NCBI GenBank assembly: GCA_963700145.1
Contig: OY969474.1
Location: 2,464,001 to 2,528,000 of the forward strand
Direction: 5' to 3'
DNA: 64,000 nucleotides
DNA from: an uncultured Acidobacteriota bacterium
GTDB taxonomy: Bacteria > Acidobacteriota > Thermoanaerobaculia > Multivoradales > UBA5704
Shown piece by piece: positions 45,428 to 56,138 of the stretch. The notes beneath the pieces were generated by a model. That model was not told where the DNA came from and searched no databases. It worked only from the letters and a program-made list of their open reading frames with translations. The position numbers and the translations under genes are program-made. Every line of letters starts with the position of its first letter. The stretch's first letter is position 1.

Positions 45428-45972
45428 TGCGGGGACTTGAGCTCCTTCGAGGTCGCCAGCGGGATCGACTCCGCCCACTCGATCGCCTTCTTCTCGCCGG
45501 CGGTCAACTTGGAAAGGAAGTCCACCGCCTCGTCGCGCTCGCGGAAGAGGCGCCAGATGAAGGTGTGGCCGGCGGGGGCGGTGAAGTAGGTGTAGTGCTT
45601 GGAGCCGTTCGAGAGATCGAAGCCCAGGTTGGCCTCGCCGTTGACGCCGACGCAGGCCAGGGCGATCGCCCGGCAGGCCAGGGCCAGCGCCTTGATCTCG
45701 TCCTCGTAGTCCGACAGCTCCTCGCGCGACAGCGGCGAGTGGAAGAGCGAGACCCGCGTCCCGTCCTCCTCGGCGAGCAGGGTGTAGGGGATGTCGTTGC
45801 GGTCCATCGCGTCCTTGGTCTCGGCGGTGGTGACGAAGACGTCCTCGGTGCCGTGGACCTTGTAGGTGATGGCGTAGACGTCCTTGTCGAGCTGGGCGAA
45901 GCTCTCGGCGAGGATCGATTCGTCTTCGATGGTGAAGTAGAAGAGGCGGTTGCGGGTGCGGCGTGCGGTCAT
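45424..45972 (-). CDS. Hypothetical cytoplasmic protein
   Basis: 182-aa ORF with normal composition and GC3 bias; coupled to xseA. Confidence 0.7.
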   Translation of the reverse strand: MTARRTRNRLFYFTIEDESILAESFAQLDKDVYAITYKVHGTEDVFVTTAETKDAMDRNDIPYTLLAEEDGTRVSLFHSPLSREELSDYEDEIKALALACRAIALACVGVNGEANLGFDLSNGSKHYTYFTAPAGHTFIWRLFRERDEAVDFLSKLTAGEKKAIEWAESIPLATSKELKSPH

Positions 45973-46051
45973 GCGGGGGACTCCTGGGGTTGGGATGGGC
46001 GGCCGGCCGGGACCTTCCCGGCCGCCGCGAACACGTCAATATATCAAATGG

Positions 46052-46708
46052 TTAGCCGGCGGTCCTGCGGAGGTACTCGTCGAGCAGGCGCCGCTCGTCG
46101 CGGGTCAGCGTCGCCTCGGGCAGCACCAGGCTCTCGCCGGCGCGCGGCAGCTCGACGACCAGGGTGTTGACCGCCCGCTCGACGCCCGCGCAGTCCACCG
46201 CCAGCCCCGGCACCAGGGCCATCGAGGCGCAGAGGTCGACGAGGCCGTCGCCGACGCCGCTGCGCACGCTCACCGAGACCCGCTTCGGCAGCTGCTCGGG
46301 GGTGATCCGGTAGCCGCCTTCGATGCGCGCCACCTTCGCCCGCCCTTCCAGGGTCTTGGTCTGGCGCGGCATCCGCACCTCGTCCTCCAGCCGCCGCGTC
46401 ACCCCGCCCATCGTCACGTCCGCCACCAGCCAGCCGGTGCCCTCGAAGGTCAGGGTCAGCTCGGCGGCGTGGCTGCCGCCGGCCCCCGGCTCGAGGCGGA
46501 GGAGGTGGTCGCGCACGGTGACGGCGTTGCGCGGCGAGGCCAGGCGGAGGGTCATGTCCCCCTCCTCCAGGACGGCGATCTCGGGCGCCAGGTCGCGGTA
46601 GGTGCGGTTGGCGCGCTCCAGGCGGAGGCGCAGGCCCGGCTCGGGGACCGGGGCCGGCGCCGCGCCGAGGAGCAGCAGGGCGGCGAGCGGCAGGAGCGCG
46701 CGCTTCAC
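46052..46708 (-). CDS. Secreted hypothetical protein
   Basis: Signal peptide; follows the VWA gene. Confidence 0.7.
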   Translation of the reverse strand: MKRALLPLAALLLLGAAPAPVPEPGLRLRLERANRTYRDLAPEIAVLEEGDMTLRLASPRNAVTVRDHLLRLEPGAGGSHAAELTLTFEGTGWLVADVTMGGVTRRLEDEVRMPRQTKTLEGRAKVARIEGGYRITPEQLPKRVSVSVRSGVGDGLVDLCASMALVPGLAVDCAGVERAVNTLVVELPRAGESLVLPEATLTRDERRLLDEYLRRTAG

Positions 46709-46709
46709 G

Positions 46710-49286
46710 CTACGGATAGTAGCCGCGGATCGTCCGCGCCTTCAAACCGCCGCGCACCCGCACCTCGACCTCGCGGAACCCCTCGCCGCCGCCGGTCGGG
46801 GCGTAGGCGAGGTAGTAGCGGCTGCGCAGCTCCTTCTCGATCTCCTCGTAGACCCCGACGAGCTGCCCCGCCTTCTCGACGAAGAAGGCGCGGCCGCCGG
46901 TCTCGTTGGCGAGGCGCGAGAGCTTGCTGCGGATGTCGGCCGAGAGCGGCGAGACGGCGAGGCCGATGGTGTAGATGGCGACGCCGCTGCGCCGCGCGTA
47001 CTCCAGGGCGTTGCGGTACGGGGTGTGGCTGGCGGTGTCGTCGCCGTCGGAGAGCAGCACCAGGGCGCGCTGCCCGCGCACGCCGCGGAAGTAGTAGAGG
47101 CTGGTCACCAGCGCGTCGTGGAGCGCCGTGTAGCCCACCGCCTGCAGCCCCTTGAGCGCCTGGATGACCCCGTCGGCGTCGTCGGTCGGCGGCATCAGGA
47201 CGACGGGCTTGTCGGAGAAGGAGACCGCGAACGAGCGGTCGCGCGGCGTCACCACGTCGCGCACGAAGTCGGCGGCGGCGCGCTGCGCCTCGACCAGCGA
47301 GGACGACATCGAGCCCGAGGTGTCGATCACCAGCCCCACGGAGAGCGGCAGGTCCTCGACCAGCTCGAACTTGGTGATCGTCTGCGGCGTGCCCCCGTCG
47401 AGCACCTCGAAGTCCGCCGCCGTGAGCCCCAGCGCCGGCTGGCCGCCGCGGTCGAAGACCGTGGTGTAGAGCTCGACCAGGGTGACGTTGACGTTGGCGA
47501 GATTGGGCGGCGCGTTGAGGAAGCGCGTGTCCTCGGCGCGGCCGCCGTCGTCGAGGGTCGCCACCACCGTCAAGTAGGTCACGTCGCCGCCGCCCGGCAC
47601 CTCGATCTGCGCCTGCCAGGGGGGCTTGACGAGGGTCGCCACCGTCGCGTCGTTGATCCGGAAGTCGACCGACTCGATCCGCTTCCCCTCCGGCACCGAG
47701 ACCTCGGCGCGCGCCAGCGTCTGCCCGACCACCTTGACGCCGCGGCCGGGGGCGAGGATCGTCACCTGCAGCGCCCCGCGCGGCTGGTTGACCACCACCT
47801 CGTCGGCGGCGACCAGCTCGCCCCGCTCGTCGTAGCCCTCGGCGCGCACCACCTGCTCGACCGGGTACTCGGCGAGGCGCACCTCGGCGCTGAACGGTGC
47901 CTTGGCGCGGGTGAGCTGCACCGCGCCGTCGACGAGGAAGACCACCTTGACGATGCGCCCGCCGGAGACCAGCGCCTCCGCCCGCCAGAGGCCGAGCACC
48001 ACGTCCTCCTCGGGCGGCACCAGGATCAGGCTGTCGCGCCCGGCCGGCCGCTCGAGCCCCAGGTCCTCGCCGAGCGCCACGACGACGTCGTCCGGCACTT
48101 TTGGCTCGGCCACCGCCTCCGGCTCGCGCGGCACCTGGAAGCCGCGGGCCAGGCGGACGCGGGCGCCGCTGACGTCGTCCTTCAGGTCGAAGCGGAGGAG
48201 GAAGGCGCCGGGGCGGAGCGCGCGCTCGAGGGCGAGCGCCACCGGCACCCCTGCGGCCGGGGGCTCCAGCCGGAAGCGGAGCCGGAACTCCTCGAAGGGG
48301 CGCCCGTCCTGCTCCAGCATCCCCTGGAGCGTCAGCCGCAGCTCGGGCTTCTCCTTCTCGGTCGCCGGCGTGGAGGCGCGGACGCTCCCCGGCGGCAGCG
48401 TCAGCAGCGCGCGGGCGAGGAGCCGCTGGCCGCGCCGGTCCGGGTAGAGCATCTGCAGGTCGCCGAGCGCCAGCCGCGGCGCGTCGGCGGTTGCCTTGGC
48501 GGGCAGCGCGGTCTTCGCCGCCGCCGCCGCCCAGGCGCCGAGGTCCTCGGGCGGCGCCAGGAAGCGCTCGAAGTCCGCGCCGGTCGGCCGCCCCTTGCGG
48601 AAACCGAAGAGGCCGTTGACGCCGCTCGCCTTGTCGACGCGCGGCGTCTCCTCGCAGACCTGGAGGTCGAAGCGCACGGCGCGGATCTGCCCGCGCAGCG
48701 CCTCGAAGTCGTCGAGGAGCTTCTCCATGTCGCGGGAGTAGAGAGCGCGCTTGCCCTCGGCCGGCCGCCAGAGCTTGTACGGGGCGGTGGGGAGCGGCCG
48801 GTAGACGAGCAGCTCGCGCCGGCGGTTCTCCGGGTTCGGGTCGCTGCCGACGTCGTAGCCCCAGATCTCGAGCGGCTTGAACGCCTGGCCGCAGTCGATG
48901 ACCAGGCGCTCCGCCGGCTTGCCGTTCAAGAACAGGAGCTGGGCGCGGACGTCGAGCGGCGAGAGGAACTCCTCGGCGGCGAGCTGCTGGCGGCGCGCGA
49001 TGCCCAGCGCCAGCTCGTTCTCCGGCGTCGCCGGCAGCGGGTCGCGGGCGAGGAACTCGGCGATGAAGCGGGTGCGGGCGGCCGCGTCGAGCGCGGCGAA
49101 GGACGCGCGCTCGGACTCGGGGAGGAGGAGGGCGGGGCCGTCCTGCAGGAAGGCGCGCTGCTCCTCGGGCCAGAGGACCGGGTCCTCGGCGGCGCGAACG
49201 GGCGCGGCGGCTAGGGGGGCGAGCGCGCCGGCGAGCGCGAGAGAAAGGACGACGTATCTGGGATGCACGGCAGGCCCGCTTTGCAC
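46710..49286 (-). CDS. Secreted VWA-domain protein with degenerate GWxTD-like and Ig-like domains
   Basis: RDPLPATPENE, DTSGSM MIDAS, TALHDAL, LSDGDD, ETGG. Confidence 0.85.
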   Translation of the reverse strand: MQSGPAVHPRYVVLSLALAGALAPLAAAPVRAAEDPVLWPEEQRAFLQDGPALLLPESERASFAALDAAARTRFIAEFLARDPLPATPENELALGIARRQQLAAEEFLSPLDVRAQLLFLNGKPAERLVIDCGQAFKPLEIWGYDVGSDPNPENRRRELLVYRPLPTAPYKLWRPAEGKRALYSRDMEKLLDDFEALRGQIRAVRFDLQVCEETPRVDKASGVNGLFGFRKGRPTGADFERFLAPPEDLGAWAAAAAKTALPAKATADAPRLALGDLQMLYPDRRGQRLLARALLTLPPGSVRASTPATEKEKPELRLTLQGMLEQDGRPFEEFRLRFRLEPPAAGVPVALALERALRPGAFLLRFDLKDDVSGARVRLARGFQVPREPEAVAEPKVPDDVVVALGEDLGLERPAGRDSLILVPPEEDVVLGLWRAEALVSGGRIVKVVFLVDGAVQLTRAKAPFSAEVRLAEYPVEQVVRAEGYDERGELVAADEVVVNQPRGALQVTILAPGRGVKVVGQTLARAEVSVPEGKRIESVDFRINDATVATLVKPPWQAQIEVPGGGDVTYLTVVATLDDGGRAEDTRFLNAPPNLANVNVTLVELYTTVFDRGGQPALGLTAADFEVLDGGTPQTITKFELVEDLPLSVGLVIDTSGSMSSSLVEAQRAAADFVRDVVTPRDRSFAVSFSDKPVVLMPPTDDADGVIQALKGLQAVGYTALHDALVTSLYYFRGVRGQRALVLLSDGDDTASHTPYRNALEYARRSGVAIYTIGLAVSPLSADIRSKLSRLANETGGRAFFVEKAGQLVGVYEEIEKELRSRYYLAYAPTGGGEGFREVEVRVRGGLKARTIRGYYP

Positions 49287-49320
49287 GGCAGGTGCCAGAC
49301 ACTACACTTGCTCCACCGCT

Positions 49321-50415
49321 ATGGCCAAACCGCTGCGCAACGCGCCGATCCGGACCTGGCAGGCCGGGGACGTCGTCCAGGGCTACGCGCTCCTGACCAA
49401 GAAGGAGCTGCGCCAGGACCGCAACGGCAAGAGCTTCATGGACCTCGAGGTGGTGGACGCCAGCGGCTCGATGGTGGCCAAGGTGTGGAACGACAGCCCG
49501 GCCCTCAACGGGCAGTTCGAGACCCACCGCTTCATCGCCTTCCGCGGCTCGGTCAAGCTCTACCGCGACCAGCTCCAGCTCAGCATCGACGAGTGCCGCG
49601 AGGCGACCGAGGAGGACCGCCGCTTCGGCTTCGACGAGACCCTCCTCGTGCCGTCCACCCGCGAGGACGTGGACGACCTCTGGCGCCGGCTGGAGCGGCT
49701 GCTCGGCGAGGAGGTCGAGCGCCCGGTCCTGCGCCGCCTGGCGCGCGAGACGCTGGAGGCGCACGGCGCGGCGCTGCGCCAGCACCCGGCGGCCAAGTCG
49801 ATGCACCACGCCTACCGCGGCGGTCTGCTCGAGCACGTCGTCTCGATGGCCGAGCTGGCGATGGCGGTCTGCCGCCACTACCGCGACCTCGACCGCGACC
49901 TGCTGCTCCTCGGCGTCCTCTTCCACGACCTCGGGAAGCTCCAGGAGCTGGGCGCGATGCCGGTCAACGACTACACCCTCGTCGGCCGCCTCGTCGGCCA
50001 CGTCGTCCTGGGCCGCGACCTGCTGCGCGAGCGGTGCGCGGCGATCGAAGACTTCCCCGAAGACCTCCAGCTCCTCCTCGAGCACATGGTCCTGGCCCAC
50101 CAGGGCCGGAAGGAGTTCAGCTCCCCGGTCGAGCCCATGACCCCGGAGGCCCTCGCCCTCCACTTCCTCGACGACCTGGATTCCAAGCTCAACCAGCTCC
50201 GTGCCTCGCGCGAAGCGCAGCCCGGCGTGCAGTACCACCGCGGGCTGGGGCGCTTCGTGTACCTGCCGGTCGTCGGCGAGGTGGGCGAGGCCGGCGAGAG
50301 AGTCGAGGCGGTCCCGGTCGAAGTCGAAGTCCGCGAGAGCGTGACCGTCGAGGAGGTCGAAGAGGCCGTCGAGGAAGCGGCCGCCGAGCCGCGGCCGCTG
50401 ACGCTGTTCGAGTAG
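49321..50415 (+). CDS. yhaM: OB-fold + HD-domain 3'-5' exoribonuclease (YhaM-like)
   Basis: PAAKSMHHAYRGGLLEH, FHDLGK, GHV, LAHQG, LHFLDDLDSK. Confidence 0.88.
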   Translation: MAKPLRNAPIRTWQAGDVVQGYALLTKKELRQDRNGKSFMDLEVVDASGSMVAKVWNDSPALNGQFETHRFIAFRGSVKLYRDQLQLSIDECREATEEDRRFGFDETLLVPSTREDVDDLWRRLERLLGEEVERPVLRRLARETLEAHGAALRQHPAAKSMHHAYRGGLLEHVVSMAELAMAVCRHYRDLDRDLLLLGVLFHDLGKLQELGAMPVNDYTLVGRLVGHVVLGRDLLRERCAAIEDFPEDLQLLLEHMVLAHQGRKEFSSPVEPMTPEALALHFLDDLDSKLNQLRASREAQPGVQYHRGLGRFVYLPVVGEVGEAGERVEAVPVEVEVRESVTVEEVEEAVEEAAAEPRPLTLFE

Positions 50416-50442
50416 AGAGGCCGCCCGGGCGATTCTCGAGGT

Positions 50443-51588
50443 TCAGGAGTGGCCCGTGGACCGCCGGCGGCGGGCTAGCTCGGGAAGCAGCGCCGCGGCC
50501 GCCGCCAGCAGCACCATTCCTACCCAGAAATCCACCCGCGGCACCACCGCCACCCGCTGCCGCAACACCGGGCTCTCGTAGGGCTCGGGGTCGGGGCGGG
50601 GGCGCTTGGCGTTGATCTCGCTGCGCTGCGCTTCGGGGAGGCGGTGTTGCGCGTGCGGGGGTTGGAAGGAGCGGAGAGTCAGGAAGGGCGTGTAGTAAAG
50701 CTCCAGGATCCGGTTCTCCTTCCAGGCGTGGAACCAGTCGCCGCGGTGGTAGCTGGTGTTGCGGTGCTCGACGTGCCAGCCGGCGGCGGTGAGGTAGAAG
50801 TCCTCCTTCCCCAGCGGCGCCAGGCCCGACGGCGGGTCGGCGGCCCAGGCGCGCGCCCGCTCGGCCTTGAGCTCGGCCAGGCGCTCGCGCGGGTGGAACG
50901 AGCGGAAGCGGCCGATCTCCGGGTCGGCGATCTCGTAGCCCAGGTGGGCGCGGTCGAAGAAGAGGGCGAAGGCGAGGAGCGCGACGGCGGCGGTGCGGCC
51001 GACGCGCCGCGCCGCCGGCAGGTCGGGCCGCCAGCGGAAGCCGCGCGGCGGCTCCAGCGCGACGCCGAAGAGCAGACCGCACAGCCCGGCGTAGGCGTTG
51101 AGCGCCACGTCGCGCACGTCGCCGGTGCGCACCGGCGTCCACCACTGCACCGCCTCGTCGACGATCCCGACCAGCGCCACCGCCAGCACCGTGAGCGGCA
51201 GGACCGAGGCGTCGCCGTAGCGGCGGAAGGCGCGGTAGAAGAGCAGCCCCAGGGCGCCGTACTCCAGGAAGTGGATGCGCTCGACCGCGTCCACCTGGAG
51301 GTTGCCGGTGCCGAAGCCGACGACTTGCACGCCCAGCAGGACCAGCGCCAGCGCCAGCCCGCCGAGCCGCAGCAGCCGGGTCGACCGGCGCGGCTCGCGA
51401 ACGCGCAGCGCCGCCGCCACGACCAGCCCCGCCACCACGACCGCGAAGCCGGCCGCCAGCGCGACGACGAAGCGGCGGCCGAAGAGGTCGAGGAGGAGGT
51501 CGCGCAGCGTCCCCATGAACGGGGCGGTGGCGACGATGAAGAGGGCGAGGAGGAGCGGCGGGCGGAGGCTCGGGGAGCGCGTCACCAT
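50443..51588 (-). CDS. Membrane protein with VanZ-like domain
   Basis: ERIHFLEYG, DEAVQ..P.RTGDVRDVALN. Confidence 0.75.
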   Translation of the reverse strand: MVTRSPSLRPPLLLALFIVATAPFMGTLRDLLLDLFGRRFVVALAAGFAVVVAGLVVAAALRVREPRRSTRLLRLGGLALALVLLGVQVVGFGTGNLQVDAVERIHFLEYGALGLLFYRAFRRYGDASVLPLTVLAVALVGIVDEAVQWWTPVRTGDVRDVALNAYAGLCGLLFGVALEPPRGFRWRPDLPAARRVGRTAAVALLAFALFFDRAHLGYEIADPEIGRFRSFHPRERLAELKAERARAWAADPPSGLAPLGKEDFYLTAAGWHVEHRNTSYHRGDWFHAWKENRILELYYTPFLTLRSFQPPHAQHRLPEAQRSEINAKRPRPDPEPYESPVLRQRVAVVPRVDFWVGMVLLAAAAALLPELARRRRSTGHS

Positions 51589-52004
51589 TGCATCCGGTAG
51601 AGCATCCAGTAGACGACCACGCCAGTGACTGATACGTAGAGCCAGATCGGCAGCGTCCAGCGGGCGATCCGTTTATGGCGCGGGAAACGGCGGCGGAAGG
51701 CGTGGGTCACCGTGATGATCGCGAGGAACGGCACCGTCGCGGCGAGCACGGTGTGGGTCAGGAGGATCGCCAGGTACGTGGTGCGCGCGGCGCCGCTCCC
51801 GGGGAAGCGCACCGAGCCCACCTGGTAGTGGTAGGTGAGGTAGGAGGTCAGGAAAAGGACCGAGCAGGCCAGGGCGGCCAGCATGACGTTGCGGTGGGCG
51901 GTGATCCGCCGGCGGCGGATGAGGAGCCAGGCGATGACCAGCAGCACCGCCGCGGTCAGGTTGAGCGCCGCGTTGACGGCCGGCAGGTCGCGGACGGTGA
52001 GCAC
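51582..52004 (-). CDS. DUF420 family membrane protein
   Basis: LPAVNAALN, FLTSYLTYH, ILLTHTVLA, WLYVSVTG. Confidence 0.88.
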   Translation of the reverse strand: MLTVRDLPAVNAALNLTAAVLLVIAWLLIRRRRITAHRNVMLAALACSVLFLTSYLTYHYQVGSVRFPGSGAARTTYLAILLTHTVLAATVPFLAIITVTHAFRRRFPRHKRIARWTLPIWLYVSVTGVVVYWMLYRMQW

Positions 52005-52065
52005 TTGGCGGGGGATTCTAGCCGGCCCCGCCTGGTATCCTCGCCGCGTTTGAGCGACCTCAGCA

Positions 52066-54450
52066 ATGACCGCAGCACGGCGTAACGGCCCCCCCGGCTC
52101 CGCCCCGTTCCTCGCGGCTCTCCTGCTCCTCGTCAGCCTGACGCAGGCGCCGCTCCTCCTCGCCGCCGAGGCACGCTACGCCGGCCACAGCCTCGAAGAG
52201 GCCCTCCTCGACCTCCGCGCCCGCGGCCTGCGCCTGGTCTTCACCAGCAACGTCGTGCGCCCGGAGATGCGCGTCGCGGCCGAGCCGGCCGCCGCCGAGC
52301 CGCGCCGCGTCCTCGACGAGATCCTCGCCCCGCACGGCCTCGCCGCCCGCGAGGCCCCGAACGGCATCGTCGTCGTCGTCCGGCGGCCCGCCCCACCGGC
52401 CGCCGCGGCGCCCGCGCCCGGCGCGCCCGGCGCCGCCGCCCCCGCGCCGCCCCCCGCCGCCCCCGAGCCGCCGCTCGAGATCCACGAGGAGATCGTCGTC
52501 ACCCCGAGCAAGATCTCGCTGCTACGCGAGGACCCGGTCGGCCTCCTCGGCTTGAGCCGCGACGAGATCCTCACCCTCCCCCACCTGGGCGACGACTTCT
52601 TCCGCGCTCTCTCGCTGCTCCCCGGCACTTCGGCCAGCGACGTCAGCGCCCGCTTCCACGTCCGCGGCGCGCGCGACGACGAGACCCAGATCGTGCTCGA
52701 CGGCCAGGAGCTGTTCGAGCCCTTCCACCTCCAGGACTTCGAGAGCCCGCTCAGCCTGATCGCCCCCTCCACCCTCAGCGGCGCCGACCTCTCGACCGGC
52801 GGCTTCCCCGCCCGCTACGGCGACCGCATGGGGGGTGTCCTCGACATGACGACGGTGCGGCCGAGCGGCGAGGCGCGCCTGCGGGTCGGCGCCGGCATCC
52901 TCGGCTTCCACCTCGGCGGCGGCGGCACCTTCACCGGCGAGCGCGGCGCCTGGCTGGTCGAGGCGCGGCGCGGCTCGAGCGACCTGCTGGGCCGGCTCCT
53001 GGGGGACGAGGACCCGCGCTACTGGGACGGCTTCGGCAAGGTCGATTACTACCTCACCGCCCGCCACGGCCTGCGCGCCAACTTCCTGCGCTCCTTCGAC
53101 GAGCTGGACTTCGAGGACGTGGGCAGGGAGACCAAGCGCTTCGAGACCGAGTACGACAACGCCTACCAGTGGCTGACCCACCAGGCGCTCCTCGGCACCA
53201 GCCAGTCGCTGGAGTCCGCCGTCGCCGGCGCCCGCGTCGAGCGCGAGCGGCGGGGGCTCGAGGACGAGGAGGACGCGCGCTTCGGCGTCTTCGACCACCG
53301 CGACACCGCGGTTTTCGAGCTGCGCCAGGGCTGGCAGTGGCAGACGCCGCGGCACCTCGTGCAGGCCGGCTGGCAGCGGCGCGAGCTGGAGACCGAGTAC
53401 GACTACGCCGCCGAGCGCGACCTCGACGAGCCGCTGGCGCGCATCCGCCACGACTTCGGGCAGGACACCACGGTCTTCGCCGGCGAGTTCGACGAGCGCG
53501 ACTGGGGCGCCTGGGCCAGCGACCGCTTGCGGCTCGGCGCGCCGCTGACCCTGGAGCTCGGCCTGCGCCACGACCGCCACTCGCAGACCCGCGAGAGCCA
53601 CACCAGCCCGCGCTTCAACCTCGCCTGGGCGCTCGGCGAGCGCAGCGTCGTGCGCGCCGCCTGGGGGCGCTTCCACCAGAGCCAGCGGCCCTACGAGCTG
53701 GAGATCGAGGACGGCGAGACGGCGTTCCACCGCGTCGAGCGCTCGGAGCACCGCGTCCTCGGCTTCGAGACCCTGCTCGGCGCTCCCGGCGGCCGCGACT
53801 GGGAGCTGCGCGTCGAGCTCTACCGCCGCGACGTCGCCAACCCGCGGCAGCGCTTCGAGAACCTCTTCGAGCCGATCAACATCTTTCCCGAGGTCGAGCC
53901 CGACCGCGTGCGCATCGCGCCGGAGGAGAGCGTCGCCGAGGGAGTCGAGCTCTTCCTGCGCGGCGAGGCCGGACCGCGCGCCGCCTGGTGGGTCAACTAC
54001 ACCTACGCCACGACCGAGGACGAGATCGCCGGCCGCCGCGTGCCGCGGCAGTTCGACCAGAGGCACAGCCTGAACCTCGACCTCGACCTGCGCGCTGGCA
54101 CCCACTGGCGGCTCAACTTCGCCTGGCGCTTCCACACCGGCTGGCCGACGACGCCGCTGTCGCTGGTCGAGACGGTGGACGACGAAGGGGAGGTCGAGTT
54201 CCAGCCGGTCCTGGGGCCGCTCAACAGCGCGCGCCTGCCCGACTACCACCGCCTGGACGTGCGCGCCAGCCGCCGCTGGCGGATCGGCGCGGCGTCGCTC
54301 GACCTCTTCTTCGACGTGCAGAACGCTTACAACCGGAAGAACGTCGCCGGCTTCGACATCGAGATCGACGAGGACGAGGGGAGGCTGGTGATCCGCGAGG
54401 AGGGCTGGCCGGGGATCATCCCGTCGGCCGGCATCAGCCTCGAGCTGTGA
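52066..54450 (+). CDS. TonB-dependent receptor with N-terminal STN-like signalling domain
   Basis: Signal peptide, SLEEAL..L domain, EEIVVT TonB box, plug, GGFPARYGDRMGGV, PDYHRLD. Confidence 0.88.
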   Translation: MTAARRNGPPGSAPFLAALLLLVSLTQAPLLLAAEARYAGHSLEEALLDLRARGLRLVFTSNVVRPEMRVAAEPAAAEPRRVLDEILAPHGLAAREAPNGIVVVVRRPAPPAAAAPAPGAPGAAAPAPPPAAPEPPLEIHEEIVVTPSKISLLREDPVGLLGLSRDEILTLPHLGDDFFRALSLLPGTSASDVSARFHVRGARDDETQIVLDGQELFEPFHLQDFESPLSLIAPSTLSGADLSTGGFPARYGDRMGGVLDMTTVRPSGEARLRVGAGILGFHLGGGGTFTGERGAWLVEARRGSSDLLGRLLGDEDPRYWDGFGKVDYYLTARHGLRANFLRSFDELDFEDVGRETKRFETEYDNAYQWLTHQALLGTSQSLESAVAGARVERERRGLEDEEDARFGVFDHRDTAVFELRQGWQWQTPRHLVQAGWQRRELETEYDYAAERDLDEPLARIRHDFGQDTTVFAGEFDERDWGAWASDRLRLGAPLTLELGLRHDRHSQTRESHTSPRFNLAWALGERSVVRAAWGRFHQSQRPYELEIEDGETAFHRVERSEHRVLGFETLLGAPGGRDWELRVELYRRDVANPRQRFENLFEPINIFPEVEPDRVRIAPEESVAEGVELFLRGEAGPRAAWWVNYTYATTEDEIAGRRVPRQFDQRHSLNLDLDLRAGTHWRLNFAWRFHTGWPTTPLSLVETVDDEGEVEFQPVLGPLNSARLPDYHRLDVRASRRWRIGAASLDLFFDVQNAYNRKNVAGFDIEIDEDEGRLVIREEGWPGIIPSAGISLEL

Positions 54451-54459
54451 GCCGGCCGC

Positions 54460-55467
54460 TCAGCCGCCGGCGCGGGTGATGCGCAGCGCGCCGCCTTCGA
54501 GGCGGTAGTCGAGGCCGCTCCCCGGCAGGACGACGGCGACCGAGGCGTCGGGGGCCATTCCCTCGATCGAGCCGTGGAGGCGGATGGTCGAGGCCAGCTC
54601 GGCCAGCGACTCGTCCTCGTACTGCAGCCGCCAAGCGGTCTCGCGCGATACCCAGCGCAGGTAGTCGCGCAGCGTCGCCCCCTCGATGTCGAAGCTCGGC
54701 GCCGCCGCCAGCACCCACTCCCAGGCCGGTCCCTGCGGCTCGACGCGCCCCCGGCCGAGGCTGCCGTCATGCCCCAGCCGCAGCTCGCCGCCGGCGGCGA
54801 CCGGCGCCTCCGGCCCGGCCCGGCGGACGAGGGCGACCGACCCCTCGCGCACCCGCACCCGCAGCGCCACGCCGCCCGCGGGGTCCATGCGCACCTCGAA
54901 CTGGGTGCCGACCTCGCGCACGCTGCCCCACGGGGTGCCGACCGCGAGCCCGCCGCCGCCGGCCGCGCCCGCCGAGTCGACATAGACCGCGCCGCGCTCG
55001 AGCTCCAGCCGGGTGGCGGAGGCGAGGCGGACCCGGGTGCCGGCGTCGAGGCGGACCGACTCGCCGCCCGCCAGGCGGAGGGCGATGAGCCCGCCGCCGC
55101 CGGTCTCGACCGTCGTGCCGGCGGCGAGGACGGCGCCGGGAGCCACCGCGGTCTCCCCCTTGACGAGCTGCACGGTCGCCACCCGCTCCGCCGCGGCCGG
55201 CGCCGCGTCGCGCACCGACCACCACCAGCCGATCCCCAGGGCGAGGAGCAGGGTCGCGGCGAGCGCCAGCGGCATGGTGCGGCGGACGCGCCGCCGGCGC
55301 TCGGCCGCGGCCAGCGCTTCCCACTCGCGCCGCGCCGCCGCGCGGATGGCGGCCAGGTCCTCGGCCGGCACCGCCGGGCGGCGGCCGGCGCTCTCCAGGA
55401 GCTCGCGCACCGCCGCCTCGTCGGCCGGCGACTCCGTCCAGCGCGGGTCGGGCCGGGGGTCGCTCAT
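54460..55467 (-). CDS. fecR: FecR-family anti-sigma factor
   Basis: TM helix; VRLDAGT, LERGAVY, VGTQFEV, VREGSV. Confidence 0.88.
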   Translation of the reverse strand: MSDPRPDPRWTESPADEAAVRELLESAGRRPAVPAEDLAAIRAAARREWEALAAAERRRRVRRTMPLALAATLLLALGIGWWWSVRDAAPAAAERVATVQLVKGETAVAPGAVLAAGTTVETGGGGLIALRLAGGESVRLDAGTRVRLASATRLELERGAVYVDSAGAAGGGGLAVGTPWGSVREVGTQFEVRMDPAGGVALRVRVREGSVALVRRAGPEAPVAAGGELRLGHDGSLGRGRVEPQGPAWEWVLAAAPSFDIEGATLRDYLRWVSRETAWRLQYEDESLAELASTIRLHGSIEGMAPDASVAVVLPGSGLDYRLEGGALRITRAGG

Positions 55468-56117
55468 GACGCCGTCACCTCCCGCCGCCGGCGCTCGAAC
55501 GGGGCGTCCGCGGCCGCCGCTTCCGGCCCGGTGACCCGCCGGAAGGCGTCGCGGAAGGCCTGCCGGGCGCGGGTCAGCAGCGACTCCGCAGCCTTCGTCC
55601 GCACCCCCAGCCGCGCGGCGATCTTCTCGACCGGCAGGCGCTCGACGTACTTCCACTCGAGCGCCAGGCTGTAGTGCGGCGGCAGGCCGTCGAGGACGGC
55701 GTGCACCAGCCCGGCGCGCTCCTTGGCGAGGAGCGCCTGCTCCGGCCCCGGGGGTCCGGGGACGAGGGCCGCGTCGGCCGCGATGTCAGTGCCCGTCAGG
55801 GTCATCTCTTGGTCCCTCCGGCCTTCGCGCCGGAAGTGGGCGGCGATCTCGTTGCGGCAGCAGGCGCAGAGCCAGGTCATCAGCTCCGACTCGCCGCGGA
55901 AGGACGCCAGCTTCGCGATCGCCTTGCACACGGTCGTCTGCACGATCTCCCGCGTCAGCTCGCGGTCGCGGAGCTGGCGTTGGGCGAAGCGGTAGACCGC
56001 CGGGATGTAGGCGTCGGAGAAGACCTCGAAGGCGGCCCGGTCTCCGGCCAGCATCCTCTCGACGAGCGACCGCTCCGCTTCGCCCGCGCCCATCGGCTCC
56101 CGCCAACCCGTTCGCAT
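55464..56117 (-). CDS. ECF RNA polymerase sigma factor
   Basis: GDRAAF..VYRFA, FRGESELMTWL, region-4 IAARLG..SLLTRAR; start may be ATG 56092. Confidence 0.9.
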   Translation of the reverse strand: MRTGWREPMGAGEAERSLVERMLAGDRAAFEVFSDAYIPAVYRFAQRQLRDRELTREIVQTTVCKAIAKLASFRGESELMTWLCACCRNEIAAHFRREGRRDQEMTLTGTDIAADAALVPGPPGPEQALLAKERAGLVHAVLDGLPPHYSLALEWKYVERLPVEKIAARLGVRTKAAESLLTRARQAFRDAFRRVTGPEAAAADAPFERRRREVTAS

Positions 56118-56138
56118 CGTGGGTCCGCAGCCTACCTC